Source: Candidatus Heimdallarchaeota archaeon B3_Heim (lineage in GTDB: Archaea > Asgardarchaeota > Heimdallarchaeia > Hodarchaeales > Hodarchaeaceae). From it: DNA of 32,000 nucleotides. Positions 1 to 7,100 of the stretch are shown piece after piece (position 1 is the stretch's first letter; each line of letters opens with the position of its first letter). Made by a program: the position numbers and the translations under genes. Location of the stretch: contig NJBF01000025.1 in the NCBI GenBank assembly GCA_003144275.1, positions 1 through 32,000 of the forward strand. The letters are read 5' to 3'. The notes beneath the pieces were generated by a model, which was not told the origin of the DNA, did not search any database, and saw only the letters and a list, made by a program, of their open reading frames with translations.

Positions 1-386
1 AGGCCTACTTTTGCTGACTTTCCAAAGGGGTGGAGTAATTTTCCCGTATCATTTGGAAAAACATATGTCATTGGGGAAACAATGAAGTCTATCACCCAAT
101 GGCTGAAAATAAGAATCCCAATGATGATGCTAACATAAGAGTCCTGGCTGACTAACATGACACTTAATGCAGCAAGTACTGACCAGATTAGAGCCATGAA
201 TAAACTGTGAGACCAAGGGGCCTCAGTAATACGATCAGACCGTGGTATATCTTCGAAACCTGCAAACATGAAGATTAGGAATAGAAGATCAAGAAGATAT
301 GAGCAAAGTACCAGAATTATAACTGGAATATCAGGGGTGAGAAGTTTAAATGCTAATCCAAAGCCTAAGTGTGCTATACCTGCCAT
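1..386 (-). CDS. Membrane-bound metal-dependent hydrolase (YdjM/DUF457-like), runs off the left edge of the window; not in the ORF track
   Basis: Manual translation from ATG at 386: MAGIAHLGFGLAFKLLTPDIPVIILVLCSYLLDLLF...PWSHSLFMALIW...IFSHWVIDF. Shows the H...D...SHS...SHxxxD metal-ligand pattern among hydrophobic helices. AGGTGA SD at 394-399 (minus strand). Confidence 0.75.
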   Translation of the reverse strand, partial: MAGIAHLGFGLAFKLLTPDIPVIILVLCSYLLDLLFLIFMFAGFEDIPRSDRITEAPWSHSLFMALIWSVLAALSVMLVSQDSYVSIIIGILIFSHWVIDFIVSPMTYVFPNDTGKLLHPFGKSAKVG

Positions 387-404
387 ATGATGATCACCTT
401 GTTC

Positions 405-1127
405 TTAAACCTTAACAACAATCGTTTCCGCTAAGATATCTAAGCCACGTTGACTCTTTGTTTTTTCTGGGTCAAATCGTTCTAGAATCATTCCTAAGAT
501 GACATCAACAGGTAGGAATTCTTCAATTATGAGAACTTTAGAAAAATTACGGATTATTGCCTGTTTCCAGGTGATTCTTATTCCTGTTTGATCGACAACA
601 GCTAAATGAAAAAGCTTCTTTCCGATGGTTGCACCATAATAATACTCCAGTACAACATTATACCCCACGAATATAATAACTGTAAGAATTGTAAGAATGG
701 AAATATACACTAATAATAGTATGCCTTGCAGCGAAAAATCAACAATTCCACTTTCCCAGTTGGTGAATTCAGTCATCAGATCATTCCAGGGGATTATTGT
801 GAAAATTAGAACTAGAAGTCCAACGGAAAGAAATGCAATTACTACTATTAATTCAGCAATAAAATCGATTATCCACGCGAAAAATCGTGTAGTCCATCTT
901 GCACGCTCGTGATGCCAATCATTTCCTTGACTTATATTCAATGCAACATCACGAGGAGATCCAAAAACTGCGGAAGGAGCTTCTCCCTCTGATTCATTCA
1001 TTGCGGATTGAACGTCTATTCGCAGCTCATCTAGAGCGTCTTGCTTCATTTCTTTCGAATAAGGAAGACATTGACTTACCTCGTTAATATACAAATCAAT
1101 TTGGTTTATCATAGAATTTTTACCCAT
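405..1127 (-). CDS. RDD-family membrane protein with N-terminal HAAS-like helical domain (start may be ATG at 1112)
   Basis: N-terminus YINEVSQCLPYSKEMKQDALDEL...FGSPRDVA fits the PadR-associated HAAS pattern. RDD motifs: RFFAWIIDF, GATIGKKLFHLAVVD, AIIRN, QRGLDILAETIVV. Confidence 0.8.
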   Translation of the reverse strand: MGKNSMINQIDLYINEVSQCLPYSKEMKQDALDELRIDVQSAMNESEGEAPSAVFGSPRDVALNISQGNDWHHERARWTTRFFAWIIDFIAELIVVIAFLSVGLLVLIFTIIPWNDLMTEFTNWESGIVDFSLQGILLLVYISILTILTVIIFVGYNVVLEYYYGATIGKKLFHLAVVDQTGIRITWKQAIIRNFSKVLIIEEFLPVDVILGMILERFDPEKTKSQRGLDILAETIVVKV

Positions 1128-1141
1128 TTTATTTCAACACA

Positions 1142-1588
1142 TCATTGAGTATCAATCATTTCTTGAATAATATCAACAAACTCTTTCATTGTCTGCTGCA
1201 AGGAAGTTAAGAACTCTTTCCCATCGTCAGTTAGAGAATAGACCCTTTTACGTGACTCCTCCTCTTTAATTCCTTGGATTATACCACTCTTCTCCATATT
1301 TGTAAGAATTGGATAGATATTTGATCCAACAATCGAAATTTTATCCTTTGTCATCTCTCTAACGGTTTTGGAGATTTGAAAGGGATAATCAGGCTTCTCT
1401 GCAAGAGTGAACAGAATTAGCGGCTTTGAAAATCCTTTTTTGAATTCTATTTCGTATTTTTGAAGTTCTTTATCCAAGTTCAATGATTTCAACTCTGTGT
1501 ACACTCTATATATTGAGTCTATATATAGATTGTGGTTACGGAATTGCAGGTTAGGAAAACTGGAAATCCCTCTCCCCTGGTGTTCCAA
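1142..1588 (-). CDS. PadR-family winged-helix transcriptional regulator (true start probably near TTG at 1492)
   Basis: FKKGFSKPLILFTL...YPFQI...SNIYPILTNMEKSGII...RKRVYSLTDDGKEFL is the PadR consensus. Lies directly upstream of the HAAS-domain gene, a known pairing. Confidence 0.9.
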   Translation of the reverse strand: MEHQGRGISSFPNLQFRNHNLYIDSIYRVYTELKSLNLDKELQKYEIEFKKGFSKPLILFTLAEKPDYPFQISKTVREMTKDKISIVGSNIYPILTNMEKSGIIQGIKEEESRKRVYSLTDDGKEFLTSLQQTMKEFVDIIQEMIDTQ

Positions 1589-1935
1589 TGAATTCTAAAA
1601 CAGGATCCCTAGGAAATCATCCATAAACAAACGCACCAATTTTTACATGAAATTAGATCAATTAATATCCTTAAAAAATATTATAGTTTGATGGAATTTA
1701 ACTGAATTTATAAACTGAAATGAGGTACAAATTTCAATGGTGTATCACTTCCTGTCAAAAAAATTAGGATAAATTTGATTTACACAAGATCAACCTTCCA
1801 GCTTTCCTGAGATTTCCATTTGGGTAGAAACTCATGTTTCTATCCAGTTAGAAGCAAAACTATAAAGTAGATGTGATTTATGTGTTATTTGAGAAATATA
1901 TTCTCATTTATATCTAAATCATGAGGTAAAAAAAT

Positions 1936-2922
1936 ATGCTGAAACAAAAACACATACCTGGGATACTCTTAGTAACTATCGTGATGTTCTTATCTATTAT
2001 AGTAATTTCACCTCAGATAGTCATAGCTGATGATGATCCAGCTGACGAAGTGGAACTCCCAGAGATTGATGAGGAAGGGAGACGGCTTGTTCTAGCTTCT
2101 GACGAATTTTCAATAGAAGTAAATGGTGGCGGACAGATTCCTTACTATCACTTCAATACAACAGCAGAGGATGTTAGTTTTTTTTTGAAATTTCAACGTA
2201 TTGTTCAATACGCAGATAGTAATGACAATAATCGATTTGATGAGGATGAACTAGTAGGAGATGTGTTTTCCACACTTCAGTTGACTAGTATCGACTGGGA
2301 TCTTGAATTACTTTCCCAGAGTAGCACAAACGTTGATTTTGCACTTACTTCATCGCAGATTCGGAATCCCCTTTTTAGTGATGTCAAATTAGCACTGGTA
2401 AATCATTTCTCAGGTGGTTCTAGTGCAATAAAGTTTGATGTGAACATCACAAACTGGCCATTTGTCGAGGAAGCAACAGGACTTAGCTTGGAGTTCGAAC
2501 TCATGTGGAGTTCGGAAGCAGAGGGACCATTAGATGAAGAAAATGAACTTATTCCTCAGATATACAAAGAAAGCACCGATTCTGGTATCTACATAAAGAA
2601 TACTGGTGGAACTGTCTTAGCTTACTTTGAATCCGTGAGTGAGATTAACGTAGATGGAACAACGATTGTAGATGGCGCAACACTGAATGATACTGCTGTT
2701 GAAAAGGCAAACAAGCTGAATGTCTACATAAATTATCCAAAGTTCGAGAACTACGTTCTTCATGATCCTATGTTCGGGACTTCACTGGATGCCCTGAAGA
2801 ATCCATCCGCGATAATCCTTTGGTTCAAAGAGAACGTGAAAGCTGGATTCTTAGGGATAACAGCATTAACAACAATTTTTCTGGCTACCTTTTTTGTTGT
2901 AAATCGACGAAAGCGTACATAA
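1936..2922 (+). CDS. Uncharacterised membrane-anchored cell-surface protein (signal peptide, acidic beta-rich ectodomain, C-terminal TM helix plus basic tail)
   Basis: Hydrophobic N-terminus; C-terminal FLGITALTTIFLATFFVV followed by NRRKRT; GAGGT SD upstream; EF-hand-like loop DSNDNNRFDEDE; several N-x-S/T sequons. Confidence 0.8.
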   Translation: MLKQKHIPGILLVTIVMFLSIIVISPQIVIADDDPADEVELPEIDEEGRRLVLASDEFSIEVNGGGQIPYYHFNTTAEDVSFFLKFQRIVQYADSNDNNRFDEDELVGDVFSTLQLTSIDWDLELLSQSSTNVDFALTSSQIRNPLFSDVKLALVNHFSGGSSAIKFDVNITNWPFVEEATGLSLEFELMWSSEAEGPLDEENELIPQIYKESTDSGIYIKNTGGTVLAYFESVSEINVDGTTIVDGATLNDTAVEKANKLNVYINYPKFENYVLHDPMFGTSLDALKNPSAIILWFKENVKAGFLGITALTTIFLATFFVVNRRKRT

Positions 2923-2960
2923 TTTTTTCATCAATTGGGAAATTACCCATTCTTCTCCCC

Positions 2961-2969
2961 TTTTTTTTT
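2961..2969 (+). terminator. Possible archaeal oligo-T terminator
   Basis: T9 run preceded by a pyrimidine tract about 40 nt after the stop at 2922. Confidence 0.35.
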
Positions 2970-3082
2970 AGTACCAATGTCATGCAAACATAGAAGCACA
3001 GAGGATAACTTAAAATGAACCATCCGCTTCACTGTAGTATTTTATTTCAAAATTGTTAAAAGAGGTTTTCTGGTCATAAAGA

Positions 3083-3916
3083 GTGATAATAGGTGTAAAG
3101 ATGACGAAGCTGGACGAACAAGCGATTTTTGAAATATTATCTCATTCAACCAGACGAAAAATTCTACGAATGCTTTCCCAAGATATTTACGTTACTTATT
3201 CGGATTTTCAAGAGAATATCGGTCAAAGTCCAGGAGTGATTTACCATCATCTAGAAAAATTACGTGATCAAGGAATTCTCCAACAACGATCCACCAAGGA
3301 ATATGAATTAACTTCCTTGGGTTTTAATCTCGTCTCTTATATGGATAAGATGAATGATGATGATCTTGCTGAATATATTTCTAGGAAGTCCTTTCAGAGA
3401 TTATTTTTTATCATTCCTTTAGCTAGAATTGTAACGGATAATCCCTTTCATTGGATACTAGAAGCAGGACTAATAATAATCCTCACTTCTGTAATTCAGA
3501 TTGATTTTCCTATTCAAATTATTGGTCCTTTTCTTTTTCCCTCTTCAGATCCATTTGGGATACGAATATTTATTCAGATCTTAAGCTATGGATTATTGAT
3601 GTTTTCAGTGATGGGTATCGGAAAATATCTCGCTCCTTCATCTACCAATTTATTTGATCCTCCTCTTTTAACAGGATTTCTTATTTTCCCATTATTATCT
3701 TCAATTTTCAGTTGTTTTCTATGGGGAATATCTTCTGTCTTGACATCGGTACCTGAAATTCTTTACTGGTCTTTAACAATTTTATTACACGTTTTTTATA
3801 CTTATTTCCTGATTCATCTTCTAATGAAGATTAAACGGATTACGTTTGAACGATCTCTTATTCTTTCTCTCTTACAAATTTACATATTTTTATTGATATT
3901 TCTTCTAAGGACCTAA
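3083..3916 (+). CDS. ArsR-like winged-helix regulator fused to a multi-pass membrane domain (likely start ATG 3101)
   Basis: IFEILSHSTRRKILRML...SPGVIYHHLEKL...YELTSLG is an ArsR/HTH_20-type wHTH. The C-terminal ~160 aa hold about 5 hydrophobic helices. AGGTG SD at 3091-3095 precedes ATG 3101. Confidence 0.8.
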   Translation: MIIGVKMTKLDEQAIFEILSHSTRRKILRMLSQDIYVTYSDFQENIGQSPGVIYHHLEKLRDQGILQQRSTKEYELTSLGFNLVSYMDKMNDDDLAEYISRKSFQRLFFIIPLARIVTDNPFHWILEAGLIIILTSVIQIDFPIQIIGPFLFPSSDPFGIRIFIQILSYGLLMFSVMGIGKYLAPSSTNLFDPPLLTGFLIFPLLSSIFSCFLWGISSVLTSVPEILYWSLTILLHVFYTYFLIHLLMKIKRITFERSLILSLLQIYIFLLIFLLRT

Positions 3917-4143
3917 AAAATCAGTTTGATTGTATGCGATGGTATGTCTCTATAAGGTGTAATTGAGTAGAACTAACACATTTCAGAGAATTAAAAGCAA
4001 AACCTTACACTATGAAGTGATTTAATTATAAATATTAACTTTTGATAAAAGTGAAAAGAAAATGAATAGACGAAAGTTAATTTGGTTGAAAATTAAAGTA
4101 ATTTCACCAAGGAATACGTGAAATTACTCTACTTCAAGTTGTT

Positions 4144-7100
4144 CTACATAAACTTGGTTTTTTTTCTTTTTAAGCCTATAATAAATATAGCTAATAACAC
4201 CATTAATTCAGGAATTGGAGAGGTTGTGGATTGAGTGGTTGTTGTTCCTGAGGAAGTATCAGAACTAAATGAAGTTGTAGACGGGATTGTAGTTTCTGAA
4301 ACATATTGTATTAAAATTGAAATCGTGTAATAGACAGAATTTCCACTTCCATCCTGAAATTCAACCCCAAGATTATAACTACCCACAGCCAAACTATCAA
4401 AATTTGCGTAAATAATTCCATTAGTCCAAGTTCCTGTCTCGATTATCTCATTGTTTAAGAATATAGAATAGGTTTCAGGATCATAATCAAAAACTACCCA
4501 ACCAATATCGACCGATGATCCATAAGGTAGTTGTATCTCATCATTTGAAACCCTTACTAATAATTGGATCTGATCAATCGCTGTTGTGTCTACCATATTT
4601 CCTCCACCAATTCTTTCAATACGGATCTTCGTAATTTGTTGCCCAAGAGTCATACTATTGATTAAATAGTAATGCCAACTATGATAGACATCCTCTATCA
4701 AGTGTACAGAGAAACTACTATCAGAATAATATACGGTGACTTGAATTTGATGCTGGGAATACAATCGAGCCCAAAATGTTAAACTCGTGTATTCATCAAC
4801 GAGGATTACTTCGTTTAACGTTTGCTCAATCCAGGCATCTGAGTATATTTGAGAATTCTGGTCATAGGTGATTAATGCAACACCAAAATTGCCAGAATAT
4901 ACATAGAAGGGATTAGTTTGAATACTAGCTCTATCGGTTCCTGTTCCAGTTGTCCACCCTGACAGATCACCCATCTCAAACCCTCCGTTTTCTAGTACAG
5001 TATAAACAGGTGAAACATGTGGAGCTTGGGTATCAACAACATCAATAAAAACGGTATCTGAAGTGGATTGGCCATACTCATTGAAAAAGGAAATAGTATA
5101 ATTATATGTACCGATATCAAGGTTATCAATATTGATAATCAAGCTCTCTCCACTTACCCATATATTTGTAGCAATTAATACTTGGTTCCTTCTTAAGGCA
5201 TAATAATCAGGAGATGAGGCGTAGATTATCCAAGAAATTGTAATTCCTGTTTCTCCTAGTTCATATGTAAAATCAGATGGGCTACTAGCGATAACAGGTT
5301 TATCATCCGATGTAACTGTTACAATAAACTCAAGGATGGCCAAATTACTGCTTGTATCGTTTAATTCAATTGTATACCAATAAGTACCAATTGTTAATCC
5401 GTCTATATTCAGAACGTTTTGATTTAAATCTTCCCACATTCCAGAAATGAGTTCTGTTCCATCCTGATATATCACATAAGAATCTGGGGCATGATCTGTA
5501 GCTATCCAAGAAATTATATTGCCAGAGCTGCCAGATAAATACGTGATATTCGTGGAACTAAAGCCGTAATTTAAACTAATATCATCTATTGCAGTTGTTG
5601 AGGCTGTATTTCCGCCTCCTATTCTTTCAAACCGTACAGTATCTATTAATTTCCCGAGAATAAGGTCAGAGACAGTATATTTATACCATGTTGAATGAAA
5701 ATCAGGAAAATCGTGAACGGAGGTAGTAAGATCGGAATAGGTGACAGTAACACGGATAATATGATTACTATAGAATTTTCCCCAGAAAGTAATATTTGTC
5801 AGTTCATCCACTAAAATTTGTCTTAAAACGTTTTGTTCAATCCATGCATCGGAATAGACCCATGTATCCATATTATATGTAATTAATGCAAGGCCATAAC
5901 TGCCAGAATGTACATAGAAGGGATTAGTTTGAATGCTAGCTCTATCAGTTCCTGTGCCAGTTGTCCAAGCCGTTAAATCGCCATATTCAAAGTTTCCGTT
6001 GATAAGAGCTTCATCTGTTCCATGGAGAAATACAGGAGGGGTTATATCTTCAACTGTTACCCACACCTCTGATGAAACAACATTTAATAATGTATCTCGG
6101 AAGATGATGGTGAAATTGTAAGTTCCTATTGTTAACCCATCGACATCAATAAGTACTGCTACATCGCTTAACCAAGAGTTTGATTTTATTATAGAATTAT
6201 TTTGGTAAATATCATATGTCGCTGGATTCGTATCAACAGCAGTCCAGTTTAATATATTCCCTGTAGATCCAAGTTCATATGTGAAATTATCTGGAAATTC
6301 CAATAAAACTGGTTCCCCAGCTTGAACAGATACAAATACTTCATCCCTGGCCAAGTTACCTTGTTGATCTAAAAGGATAATTGTAAAGTTATAAACTCCA
6401 ATGGCCAGTCCATCTACGGATATAATTACTGGGATTCCACTTAACCATGAATCATTAGCAATTTTCGCATCATTTCTATAAATTGTGAAGTTCGCAGTGT
6501 CGTTGTCAACAACTGTCCATTTGAGCTCGTGTCCTATTGTATTTTCATCATACACCAAGTCCTGAGGAGAATTTGTAATTGTGGGGAAAGGTGAGAGAAG
6601 AGAAATTGTAAAGTTATCAACATAAAACGCAGGGGGTGATTGAGTTGAGTAATGGTTCCTAATTGTTACAGAATCAATGTAATAACCTTGAGGATCAGGA
6701 AATTCACCATTGGCAATGAAATCTATCAATAAATTGCGATAGAGGTGATTCCATGAATTTACAGTCCATTTTGTGTCAAAAAGATAATACGTATAGGTGG
6801 AAGTGTTTGAACCAGGCCAACCTGGGAAATATCCAGCCCATTTGTATACAATGTGTACGCTAGGTGCCGTTTCATTAAACGATTTCAATTGAATTCGAAT
6901 AAAAGCTCCAGCCCATTCAGTTCCATACCAACCTAAACCCGTGGAATAGATCCAAGAACTTAAAAGGGGGGAATCGACGATAGAGACATCTGTTGTTAGA
7001 TTCTGAATGAGAGTCCGATCAGGTACTGTAGGCCATGTAGTAGTAGCGAAGTATGCAGAATATGTCCCATCCTGCACGAGTGTATTCGATTGAATTACAG

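Noticed and set aside
697-1087. + strand ORFs 697-912 and 899-1087
   Set aside because: Antisense shadows of the RDD gene with no motifs.
2178-2186. T9 homopolymer inside the 328-aa gene as a phase-variation site
   Set aside because: The frame is intact (encodes SFFL) and such runs are expected in AT-rich DNA.
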